Assembly: GCF_006345805.1 (NCBI RefSeq)
Contig: NC_043004.1
Location: 30,752,001-30,816,000, forward strand
Source of the DNA: Octopus sinensis
Taxonomy: Eukaryota
Direction of reading: 5' to 3'
DNA: 64,000 nt
Part shown: positions 51,042 to 64,000 of the stretch, piece by piece
Layout of the letters: every line of letters begins with the position of its first letter
Numbering within the stretch: position 1 is the first letter of the stretch
Notes under the pieces: model-generated
The model's database searches: none
Told to the model about the DNA's origin: nothing
What the model saw: only the letters and a program-made list of their open reading frames with translations
Position numbers and translations under genes: made by a program

Positions 51042-52124
51042 ATTATTATTATTGTTATTATCATCATCATCATCATCATCATCGTTATTGTTATTAACAC
51101 TATCATTATTATTTCCTAAGGTGTGAAAATGTCCATCCCTACAACTTTAGGTGTCAAATATTTTTCATTTATTAATAATTTTACTCTTAGTCAGGAAATT
51201 AATAAGATAAAAAAATGAAAAAAGAAAGTATAAGAGCTAGCTTATTAGATGTGTGTTTGTAAGTTCAATTCTCATAATGCATCTTCAACAAGTCACATCA
51301 TTCTATTTCACTCAGCTAAGCAGACATAACAGTTTTCAGTCTTATATCACACTGGTACTTTAAATGTAGAAGGATGACCAGTTATAAAATCAATTAGGAT
51401 ATCTAAGCCATCCTAGCCGTGTTAGTAAAGGAACAAAATGAATGTGTAAAAGATATGTATGTATGTATGAATTTTTGTAGATGTGTATGTATAAATGTAT
51501 GTGTACATATGTGTGTATGAAAGTATGTATGAATATATTATCATCATCAGCAGCAGCAGCAGTATCATTTAATGTCTGTTTTCCATGCTGGCATGGGTTG
51601 AATGGTTTGATAGGAGTTGGCCAGCCAGAGAAGTGGCTGTAGATATTTTTGTATTTGTATTTATATATATGTGTGTATTAGTGTTTACATATACGTATGT
51701 ATATACAGGCGTATGTAAGTATACATGAATAGATTGATCAATTGATCGATCAATCAATTAATCAGGTACGTTGGTTGGTATGTTCTCTGCCATTTTAAAT
51801 TATTTGAAATCTTCTAAGCAGCTGGTTTCTAACAAAGATACAACGCTCCATCATTGGAATGTAGATAACAAAAACAAACTCAGATTTTAAACTTAAGAAA
51901 AGTCTTGCATACTTTTACTGTTCCTCTAATAGACTGTAATTGTTATGTACAAATTATCTGGTTGATTTCTTTTCCTAAAAATCCTACCTTATCCAAATTG
52001 TCACTTAGGCTTTTACTCACAAAACCAAGTGCATCAATTATAATTAATACAAATGTGAATTTATAATTAGAGTATAGAAGCTGAAGGTTTCAAAGCAGTT
52101 GTCCATTGTTATCCTCTTTCTCTT

Positions 52125-52171
<47 letters not shown>

Positions 52172-52172
<1 letters not shown>

Positions 52173-53118
52173 TGGCAGAATTACTCTGTTTTATCCAGAA
52201 AAGTAGGTGTTATTTCCAGTTCCCACCTCCATTACACTGTTTCGTGTCCTATCCCATTCCCATATTCACATCACCAGAGTTGCTGGCCTCTATAACAGTA
52301 CATACTTCTCATCTGCCCCAAACAGCAATAACTGGCCTGCCAGGTTTACACTTGACAGAAGTTTTGATGGGAGTGTTCCACTAATATTCCTTGTGCTGAT
52401 GTGTATGTATGTACCTATGTATTCAGTGGCAGGGGGTATCTTTATATATTCCAGGAGAGTCTTTTTTTCACATGACATGGTATACTGTTTCAACAACAAT
52501 GTCAAATTGCATTAGGGTGTAGTCCTTTGATAACAGTTTTAGGCAGCGGCTAGTCATATGCTTGATGTCTTCCACAGAAATGTGACATCATTTATACATG
52601 TATGTATGTACGCATATATATATATATATATATATATATAGATATATATATATATCCTTTCATACACATATACATATAGCAATTTCTGTCTGTCTGATTG
52701 CTACCAATTTAGTGCCTAAACCACTGAACTTTACATGTGACACTAACATCTAGTTCAATAATAGGTCAATTAGAAGGTTGCAAAATTATAAGTCTGAAAG
52801 AGAAGGGGACTTCTATCAGTGAAGGCAGTAACAGCCGTGATAATGGGATGGTAATGTTACTATAGCTGTTATATAAGTTAGTAACAGAGAGAGGGTGACT
52901 TCTATCAGTGAAGACAAGAAGAGAGGTGCGAATGGGATGCTAATGTTACTATTGCTGTCATATACATGCCACACTGCATACATACTTTCATTAATACATA
53001 GATACAACACATGCACACACACACACACAGAAAGGTGGGTGTGAGTTATATGTAGCTTAAAGAGAAAGGGGGTAGGTGGTTTTTCACGCACAGATACACA
53101 CACACACACACACAATAC

Positions 53119-53195
<77 letters not shown>

Positions 53196-53504
53196 TCAAA
53201 CGTACATACATACATATGTCTACTATACACCATTTTAAACTTATGGTTACTTATGTGTCTGTTTGTAAATTTGTGTATGTGTGTGTGTGTGACATCCTGT
53301 AACTGTCTGTCTCTCTACTTTTGTGGGCTTCCTTACAACTAATTGATTCTAAAATTTATATATTGACATAGGATTGGAGATAAGAATAGGAGCAGAACTA
53401 AAATGGGAACTGAACAGAGAATGGGATAGGACATGAAACAGTGTAATGGAAATGGGAAATGGAAATAACACCTGCTTTTCTGGATAAAACAGTAATTCTG
53501 CCAG
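52172..53504. mobile_element. TIR element with ~90-bp inverted ends enclosing a Helitron-like copy
   Basis: CTGGCAGAATTACT(CT)GTTTTATCCAGAAAAG(T/C)AGGTGTTATTTCC..CCTATCCCATTC at 52172-52260 is mirrored at 53419-53504. Flanks are TA (left) and TG (right). Confidence 0.8.
52678..53335 (+). mobile_element. Second, 3'-truncated copy of the non-autonomous Helitron-like element
   Basis: Reverse-complement homology to ~29500-29990, from GCAATTTCTGTCTGTCTG to GTGACATCCTGTAACTGTCTGTCTCTC. Confidence 0.7.
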
Positions 53505-53562
53505 TGTTCGAATTTTCGAATTTTCACTTCGTTCTGTCTCTTATCCTCCCAGTATTGTTTTA

Positions 53563-53598
<36 letters not shown>

Positions 53599-54320
53599 CA
53601 CAGAGCCAAGTTTATCTTAACCATTTTGATGCAACTCTACTCTATACTGTTTTCTCCCCCATCCTTCTCTAATTCCCTTTTTCTCCCCTTCTCCATTTTC
53701 TATCTGTCTGCCTCTCTCTCTCTCTCTCTCCCCCTCTCATTCTCTTTTTCTCTCTTTCATTGCTCACACATGACCATCGTTCATCTTTCTATTCCTCATG
53801 TGACCATCTTTCTTTTCCTGCATGACATTCTAAAGACTAGACATATTCTCTCTGTTTCTCAACGAAAATATTTCTTCCAGCAGTCACTATTTTGCCTCTC
53901 ATTCTGTTTTCATTCGGCTTTCTTATATGTCTCCTCTGTCCTGTTTTTGTTCCCAATTTTGACCCTCCATAAAATCCAAAATTTTATTTTGAAATTTATG
54001 GGAGCAACTGTCTTTGAAGACTCATATTGTCATTGAATGCTCAAAGTGAGGAGTAGATAAACAGCCAGCAACTGATGAAAAGTCATTCTCCATGTTACTT
54101 GCCTTGTTTTCCATTTTTTTGTCTTGTTATTTGCGTATTTAACTTGTTTGTTGTCATATTTCATGCTGTTTACACAGTTGGTGACATCCTGTACCCATAT
54201 ATATATATATATATAGTATCAACAATTGAGGGTAAAATTAATTAATTAATCAATTTCACCAAGTGTTCAGTATGTAAAAGGACCATTAAGGCAAAGTAAT
54301 TTATTTTACTAAGCCCTAAT

Positions 54321-54373
<53 letters not shown>

Positions 54374-54391
54374 CATACATACATACATACA

Positions 54392-54422
<31 letters not shown>

Positions 54423-54524
54423 GTATATATTATACATATATATATATATGTATATATATATTGTATATGCATATATATACAAGTATGTATTTGTATATTC
54501 ATATGTATGTATGCATGCATGTAT

Positions 54525-54640
54525 GTCATTGTTCAGTTTTTTTTTCAAGATTTCTTGCCAATAGGGAAAGAGCTGGTTTCTAACCTAGATTCAAGGTTCT
54601 TTCATTGGAATTTCAACATCAACAGCAGGGTATTTTCGTA
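54525..54640 (+). repeat. Dispersed repeat, also at ~56320-56430 and more weakly ~51815-51870; class uncertain (possibly Penelope-derived)
   Basis: TCATTGTTCAGTTTT..CAAGATTTCTTGCCAATAG..GTTTCTAA(C/T)CTAGAT..TTCATTGGAATTTCAACATCAACAG is shared. Confidence 0.6.
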
Positions 54641-54690
54641 TGTGTGTGTGTATGTATGTATGTATGTATGTATGTATGTATGTATGTATG

Positions 54691-54721
<31 letters not shown>

Positions 54722-55017
54722 GTGAACACAGGTTCTTACATTTCACATTTGTTCAGGAAAAGCATCGACTATATTTCAATTGAATGAACATGGAGAGCAG
54801 AAAATTAGGATACACAATGTAATGAAACACCTGCTGCTTACATATATAAATAAACATGTATACAATATGGATTGAGTTAGTTGTTCTTTCTTTGTGAAAC
54901 AAAAAGTGTATGTATGTGCATGTGTGTGTATGCATGTATCTATTTATATGCCTTTCTTTCTACCTATCTATCAATCTAGCTAGCTAGCTATATATTTATC
55001 GATCTGTCTAACTACTT

Positions 55018-55115
<98 letters not shown>

Positions 55116-55319
55116 TGCATACATATCTATATACATATATATATGTGTGTGTGCATATATATATATACACACATATATACATATATATGTATGTATATAT
55201 GTATGTATACATGTATATACGTATATGTATGTATATATATATGTGTGTGTGTGTGGTGTGTATGTGTGTGTGTGTGTGTGTGTGAGTTTGGATGTATGAG
55301 ATGAGTATATATGTACTTA

Positions 55320-55366
<47 letters not shown>

Positions 55367-55406
55367 TATATGTATGTACATATGTTTCCTGTTACTGCTA
55401 TTTTCA

Positions 55407-55461
<55 letters not shown>

Positions 55462-55769
55462 TATTATTATCATTAACGTCATCATCATGGCTTGTTCCAC
55501 TACTATTACTTTTATTACTGTTGGTATTATTATTAGTATTATCATTGTTGTTGTTACTTTTATCTCTTTTCATTATTATTACTGCACACATTGATCTGTT
55601 TTCTCCAATATATATAATTCCAAATACATATTCTTTGTTTAATGCAAAGTGGTATGATGTAACTATAGTTTGATGAAGTGGTACTGTGATGTATTCAGCC
55701 ACATATCATGTTTAATCTTTCACAGAAACCCATTTATATGCAATGTGGTTAGAAACATCCTGGTACATA

Positions 55770-56175
55770 TAGATATGCTGGCATGGGCTGGATTTCTTGG
55801 CAGGAGCTGGCCAGCTTTCCAGACTCCAGTCGTCTGTTTTAACATGGTTTCTATGGCTGGATGCTTTACAGAGTGTGCTGGGTGCTTTTTACATGCCATT
55901 GGCATAGGTGTGTTTATTTTGTACTGGCACAATTGTACTTTATATGACACTGGTACCTGTCAGACAAAGACCTCTCAGTTGGGAGAGGGAGTGGTTGCAG
56001 CACCATACAGGACATGCCTATGTGTATGGATGACTGCAATTTTACTTAGCCTGATGTGTCTTCTCAAGTACAGCAAATTGCCACAAGTCCCGGTTCTTTG
56101 ACATCTCCTCAGTGAAGTCCAGCATTTGAAGATCCTTTCTCACCACTTAGTCTAATACCTTCCTTAGTCTACCAC
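55770..56175 (-). mobile_element. RTE 3' UTR and C-terminal fragment
   Basis: ATGCTGGCATGGG tail motif and CTTCTCAAGTACAGC..GATCCTTTCTCACCAC homologous to 46560-46770. Confidence 0.7.
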
Positions 56176-56181
56176 TTCCCA

Positions 56182-56214
<33 letters not shown>

Positions 56215-56699
56215 TGTATGTATGTATGTATGTATGTATGCATGTATGTATGTATGCATGTATGTATGTATGTATGTATGCATGCATGTATGTATGTATG
56301 TATGTATGTATGCATGTATGTCATTGTTCAGTTTTATTTCAAGATTTCTTGCCAATAGAGAAAGAGACAGTTTCTAATCTAGATCCAAGGCTCTTTCATT
56401 GGAATTTCAACATCAACAGGGTATTTCTCTTTGTATGTATATGTGCAGATTTGTATGTTTTGTTTTATGTATATGTTCTCATGCATATAGTTGCATATCT
56501 AGACATGCTCACATATACTTAAATGATAAACTTTTGGAAAGTTTTACAGATTTTTACAGTTCCAGTAGTAGCTAGAATCTGTAGTCTTCAAATCAGCTTT
56601 CTTCTTTCCGGTTTTGGGAAGCCTAATTTCTCATGATTGGTATTTAGGTAGTGTGTTAATATCCCAGGGCCCCAATAAGTACAGGTATAAACCTGAACT

Positions 56700-59009
56700 T
56701 ATATGTAAGTATGGTACACCCCTCCCACATATGTGTTGGCCGCTATATATAAGGTGATGTCGGTCAGTATAGGGAGAGGATGAAGTAGATGTTCTTAGCT
56801 TTACGTTTCTAACAGCTATATTGCTATACCAAAGTGATGTTATACAATCCGACATTAAGAATTATAAGTGATGACAAGGAATTAACAGACTCACGAGAAA
56901 TTAACAAATTCACAAGGAATTAACAAGTTCATGAGGAGTTATGAAACTCACAAAAGTATTTTTGTGTGAATTTTACGGAGTGGCTGTGTGGTAAGTAGCT
57001 TGTTTACCAACCACATGGTTCCGGGTTCAGTCCCACTGCGTGACACCTTGGGCAAGTGTCTTCTACTATAGCCTCGGGACGACCAAAGCCCTGTGAGTGG
57101 ATTTGGTAGACGGAAACTGAAAGAAGCCCGTCGTATATATGTATATATATATGAGTGTATGTGTGTCTGTGTTTGTTCCCCTAGCATTGCTTGACAACCG
57201 ATGCTGGTGTGTTTATGTCCCCGTTACTTAGCAGTTCGGCAAAAGAGACCGATAGAATAAGTACTGGGCTTACAAAAGAATAAGTCCCGGGATCGAATTG
57301 CTTGATTAAAGGCGGTGCTCCAGCATGGCCGCAGTCAAATGACTGAAACAAGTAAAAGAATAAAAGAGTAAGAGTATACAAAAGCGTAAAATTATGGAAA
57401 ATATGTTGGCTGGTTTGCTCAAGTTACAAAAACAGAAGCAACAACAATTACTATTACAGCAACAAATGCTGCAATTAATGAATAGTAAGTCGGCAGGAAA
57501 TGCTGAAAAAATATTCTCTCCAGATTATGTTGTGAACTCGATAGCAGAGTTTAAGTACGAACCAAACGAACAAGTTACCTTCGAACTTCGAAGCTTACTG
57601 TAGAAGATATGAACAGATCTTCAATAAAGAGTGCAAAGATTAGAATGATGAGATGAAAATGCGTTTAATTTTAAGAAAACTGGCTGCGTTACAGCAATTA
57701 CGTACTCCTGAGAAAACCTTCTGACATAAACTTTAAAGATACAAGAGACATTTTGAGTAAATTTTTTAGGGAGAAAAGCTTGTTGTTTAATACACGTTGG
57801 AAATGTTTGAACCTAGAAAAGAACAAGGAGGACTACATCACTGGTAGAGTTAACAAGTAATGTGGAAAGTTCAACCTTGACCAAAAGTAAATGTTCCATG
57901 GTCGAGACTACACATCAATTTCACTGGTCCTTTAAACAGTTGTTACTACTTTAGTGGTAGTGGATAGTTTCTCTAAATGGCCAGAAATTTGTAAGTGTAA
58001 AAAAACCTCAACTGTGACAATTTTTTACTTTTGCCATTTGCGAGATTTCACAACCCAGACGTGATAGTGTCTGACAATGGAACCCAATTTGTGTTTTTTT
58101 TTAATTTAAAAAGTATTGTAAAACGTTCGCTGTAGAACATGTAACTATGGCGCCATACCATTCCAGATCTAACGGACAGGCAGAACGTTTTGTCAATACA
58201 TTCAAGAGAGCCCCTAAGAAATTCAAATAAGGATGTCACGGATGAGGCAGCTTTACAACAATTCTTAAGAGCATATCATGTGACACCAAATCGAAATATA
58301 CCAGCAGGTATGTCACCGGCGAAGATGATGTTTGCTAGGAAAATCAGTCTTCAACAGATTGCTATCTGGCAAGAAAAGAAAAATTGCAAGGGAAAATGCA
58401 GCAAGATTTTTCAAAATTGGTGGAAAGGTTTTTGTGAGGGTATATAAGAATGGAAAATATAGTTGGGGAGATGGCATAATTACCAAATGCATAGGAAAAA
58501 TGTTATACTTGGTAAAAAGTAGAAAAGAGACACATGAAACAACTGATAAAAAGATTCATTGACAGCGAATCCAAGAGAATGGAAGAAACAATGAAATGGT
58601 TATATGATACTTTTCAAATACCAATGCCACCAGAGGTGATTGAACCCAGGTACACAAGTGTAAGAAAAGGAAAATTAATGGAGTTCCTGGAAGTGGATAC
58701 CTAATGAAAAAATATTAAATGCGTAACTGTATGAAAAAAAAAATTTTAAAAAGAGAGATGTGGGGATGTAAAAATTATAGCATAAAATTACACTCTCTAG
58801 GAAAACTTAAAAGGGGAGAAGTTGTGGGGATAATAGTAATAATGGTACATGTGACAAGTGGTATGTGTTAGTCGCTATATATAAAGTGATGTCACTCAAT
58901 ATAAGGAGGGGACAAAGTAGATGTTCTTAGCTAGTCATGTCTTTACATGTCTAATAACTTTGCTGCTATACTGAAGTGGGCGTTATAAAATCCAACATTA
59001 AGGATTACA
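56700..59009 (+). mobile_element. Internally deleted Gypsy LTR retrotransposon with both LTRs; left boundary approximate
   Basis: Diverged direct repeats at ~56700-56866 and 58823-59009 (GCTATATATAA..GTGATGTC..AAGTAGATGTTCTTAGCT..CATTAAG.ATTA.A). A PBS-like AGTGATGACAAGG follows the 5' LTR and a PPT AAAAGGGGAGAAG precedes the 3' LTR. Gag-like 57394-57870; integrase motifs 'PWSRLHINF', 'IVSDNGTQF' and 'PYHSRSNGQAERFVNTFKRA'. Confidence 0.85.
56977..57376 (+). mobile_element. Type A SINE inserted in the Gypsy 5' UTR
   Basis: Near-full SINE consensus. Confidence 0.9.
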
Positions 59010-59379
59010 CTGCCATTTGATTAAGATTACAAATAAAATAGTCTTCCCTTCTTCAAGGAAAAAAGAAACGCTGAAAATGTCAACACTTCAAAGAGTCATT
59101 GCAGCTACTACTGTCCGTCTTTTTTTTCTTACTTCCTTTAATAATTTATACAACTTTCAAGTGTTGTAAACTGAAGGATAGAAATTCTCCCTATATTTTT
59201 ATGGGAAATTTTTTTAATCACAGGTGCTTGATTTTGTTTTTACATAAAGGGCAAAATTACTATTTTATTTAAAGTAAAATATTAATCTTTATCGGCTTAA
59301 TCAAAAGGTAGAAAAAGAGACAGAAAAACTTTAGACGAAGATCAGTTGCCATGGGAGGAGTTGAATCTCATAAGAATTG

Positions 59380-59960
59380 AAAATCAGACAACAACAAGTG
59401 TGTTGCACCTTATAATGAAATTCTTCTTGGAACATTCAAATGCCACTGCAATGTTGCAGTCGTTGTCTCAGTGGGTTCAATTAAGTACATCATCAAGTAC
59501 ATATTGAAAGGAAATGACCAAGCTGCTGTTCAAGCATTGATAATGAAATTAATCAATATCTAATGGGTAGGTATATTGGACCATCCAAAGCAGTTGTATC
59601 CATTTTGGGATTTACAATCATGAAAAAGCACCTGCAATATTGAGACTACAAGTTCATCTACCAGATGAACAAAGAACATTGCTCATAAATAATGAGGATA
59701 TATGTGGCTGTCAATGAACGACATATGAGAACAACATTGACAGAATTCTTCTCATTGTGCATCAATGCTGACTTTGCAAAAACATTACTTTATGCTGAAG
59801 TACCGATGTATTTCACTTGAAAGAGTAACAAAGAACAGAAAGTGAAGGAAAACAGTTGAAGGCCATTTGAACGTTTTCAAAGAAGAAACACTTGGTTATG
59901 TTTATGTTGTCACACCAAAGGTAGGAGAACTGTATTATTTAAGAATTTTATAGCATGAAG
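59380..59960 (+). pseudogene. Helitron RepHel fragment (region C-terminal to the Rep core), frameshifted
   Basis: 'CVAPYNEILLGTFKCHCNV..SIKYIIKYILKGND', 'EINQYLMGRYIG', 'LQVHLP', 'TTLTEFF..LLYAEVP.YF' and 'VTPKVGELYYLRIL' follow the conserved RepHel order (VPYN..HINVE..KYxxKYxxKGxD..DEI..RY..HLP..LT.FF..ExFYLRLLL). Confidence 0.85.
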
Positions 59961-60061
59961 TTCAAAATAGAATTTTTTCCTTTGCCGCCATGCATCAACA
60001 TTTTCAACTTGGAGTGATTGTGATTCAATGGATCACAGGTACATCTAGTTTATATGCAGAT

Positions 60062-60204
60062 GTAGTGGAGTTTGCTTTCCAACTATATGGTTCCAGGTTC
60101 GGTCCTGCTACATGGCACTGTAGGCAAGAACCTTCTACTATAGCAGCCCTGTGTCAACCAAAGCCTTGTGAGTAGATTTGGCAAGCAAAAACTAGAAGCT
60201 TGTC

Positions 60205-60265
<61 letters not shown>

Positions 60266-60690
60266 GAGAGGGAGAGGGAGAGAGAGAGGAGAGAGAGAGA
60301 GAGGGATATAGAGAGTGTGAGAGAGAGAGAAGGATACACATATGTGTGTGAGAGGAAGAGAGAGAGAGAGAGCTTGTGTATATTTGTGCCCTCTTGTCCT
60401 GAACATCATGTGATAGTTATAAAATGATTGTCACTCTCATACACATAGTGTCGTTCATTTCCGGTATTCTGCCAGAGCATGTCTGGCTATAGAAAAATAT
60501 TACCTTCCCTGAAAATAGGTGAGGGTTGATGGCAGGAAGAGTATCCAACTGCAGAAAATCTCTCTCAACAAAAGCTCCTTTCTACCTATGCAGGCATCAA
60601 AAGTGGATGTTAAAATGATGATGATGAGGATGATGATAAGGATGATGATGATGATGATGACGACGACGATAACGATGATGTTGATGATGA
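60062..60690 (+). mobile_element. Degenerate type B SINE (shared head, internal (GA)n, RTE-type tail, (GAT)n)
   Basis: Head as in type A. Tail GAGGGTTGATGGCAGGAAGAGTATCCAACTGCAGAAAA..GGATGTTAAAATGATGATG. Confidence 0.75.
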
Positions 60691-61034
60691 TGTATGTGTG
60701 TATGCATGTATAGGTTATGATAAATATATTGGTTATACTTCACTCTATTTAAGAAACATTTAAACTGCATTTTATCTCCTCTCATGATTTATTTCTGTTT
60801 AATGAGCAGTTTATTGGAAAAATATGCTTTTTACATGTGATTATTAATTTTTAATGGAACATTCCTGAAAGAATTTTAATTTACTTTACATATGAAACAA
60901 AGTTCCCTATTTAAAGCAGATTAATAGCTGCTATATATGAAAATTTAGGCCTTCAGCCACTTTTGTAACTAAATTCTAATTAAAAATGATAAAAGTATAT
61001 ATTAGACACACACACACATACACACACATATATA

Positions 61035-62339
<1,305 letters not shown>

Positions 62340-62359
62340 ATAATATATAACATACATAT

Positions 62360-62391
<32 letters not shown>

Positions 62392-62634
62392 ATGTATAAC
62401 TTACATAATACATATGTATGTATGTTATACAGTTTATATGTGTATACTTATATACCAATGTATACATATATGTACATATACCTATATGTGTGTGTGTGTG
62501 CAACTATTAGTTTATGTATGAAACTAATAGTTGCTTGCATTTAAATCCTATTTATATTAAAAGATATACACATATGTATATGTTCGTATTTACACAAACA
62601 CACATTATATATACATATATATATATATATATAT

Positions 62635-62698
<64 letters not shown>

Positions 62699-62794
62699 TT
62701 ATATATTTTTTATATATTTTGTATATTATATTAATTATTTTATTTCTATGTATTGGTTTATGTTTGATTTGCCTAATAGTGATTTTATCTCTAA

Positions 62795-62825
<31 letters not shown>

Positions 62826-63399
62826 ACAGAAGCGATATCCTAAAACCAACTTGGTAAATGATAACCTCTGCCCCACCTTCATTTTCCCTGCCTCATCAAG
62901 CTTCTGCCACATCTCATTTCCTACACTCATCACTTCTTTACTCTGATATTATTCAGCTACCAAAGTCACCTGAGAGCAAATAAGCACATATTATGCACCC
63001 ACACACAGTCTTAATTACCTGCTTTTTTCATCCCCCTTCCCAGAACCACTTCCATTCCTCATTATCATTCTCCAGTCATGGATTCTCCTCTCTGCTGTAC
63101 TCCATCCAGCCTTACACCTCTTTCATTCCCTTTTTTCCAATCCCCACACATATCTAATATAACCCCTCCCCCACTTCTCCTGAGCCACTCCTTTATTTCT
63201 GATCTTCAATTGCTACTACCACCTCTATTCCATCCAACCATGCCCCTCCCATTCTTATGCAGTTTTCCCCTCTGTCCCCTCACCCAGCCCAATCCACTGT
63301 ATCACTTCACCTATATTCTCACTAACTGTACCTTAAGGGTGTGTATTGACACATATCCACCACCACCTCTCCCACTTTCTCTGTCTAACACTTTCTCAA

Positions 63400-63745
63400 T
63401 TTCCTTTCCTCTCCAACTGAGATATCCTTGTATCACTTCTATCCCACTCTTACACCTTTAACCTCTCATCAACTGGCACAAAACTAACTCCCTCAATACT
63501 ACTCCCCTGCAGTCAAGAGGAGTTTGTTTTGTCTATCATGTTACTTAGTGACCCCACTAGTGCTGGTGCAGGTGCCATGAGAAAAGTACTCGGTACTCTC
63601 TGTAAATTGGTTGGCATTAGGAAGGCATCCAGCCGTAGAAAACATATTAAAACAATAAAACTTAGCATAGCCCTCTGGCTTTCCAGCTTTTGTCAAACCA
63701 TCTAACCCCTGCTAGCATGGAGGACAGACATTAAATGATTATGAT
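63400..63745 (+). mobile_element. RTE 3' UTR and tail; the CT-rich sequence upstream to ~62830 may belong to it
   Basis: GTTACTTAGTGACCCCACTAGTGCTGGTGC..TGGTTGGCATTAGGAAGGCATCCAGCCGTAGAAA..GCTAGCATGGAGGACAGACATTAAATGAT. Confidence 0.75.
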
Positions 63746-63780
63746 GATCTTTATAAATATATATGTATGTATATACCGAA

Positions 63781-63839
<59 letters not shown>

Positions 63840-64000
63840 AATAAAATAGAACATATGCATATATATAAACATATATGTACGTACCTACCTCTACATGTAC
63901 ATATACACGCATATATGTGTACAGGACACCAAAAAGACGTCGAACACATAGAGAGACGAAACACATAGACACAAACCAAGGAACAAGACAAGCAAAAAAA

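Noticed and set aside
54000-54110. CTGATGA motif as a second hammerhead
   Set aside because: No downstream GAAA or pairing stems could be found; at most it is a decayed remnant.

Overview
This is AT-rich, microsatellite-saturated animal genomic DNA, intergenic or deep intronic. The SINE, LINE and MITE families look like those of an octopus (coleoid cephalopod); that assignment is pattern recognition, not a database match. I could not support any host protein-coding gene, only a few unconvincing micro-exon candidates. Almost all interpretable sequence is transposon-derived: many tRNA-headed SINEs with two alternative LINE-type tails, RTE, CR1, R4/Dong-like and Tx1 LINE fragments, three near-complete and one fragmentary mariner, three hAT elements, an internally deleted Gypsy element, Helitron pieces and several fold-back/MITE hairpins. 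The most notable structures are: (i) a head-to-head pair of minimal type I hammerhead-ribozyme-like motifs forming a ~220-bp palindrome (5919-6139); (ii) a young-looking GC-rich Tx1 LINE whose truncated 5' end is a near-perfect 107-bp snap-back duplication; (iii) two different hAT elements stacked at the same 8-bp target ATCTAGAG inside a CR1; (iv) one SINE head carrying either a CR1-type or an RTE-type tail, with both donor LINE tails in the window; (v) an unclassified ~490-bp element embedded in (TTA)n. I found no convincing wholly new biological system. Most ORF-track entries are translations of microsatellites.
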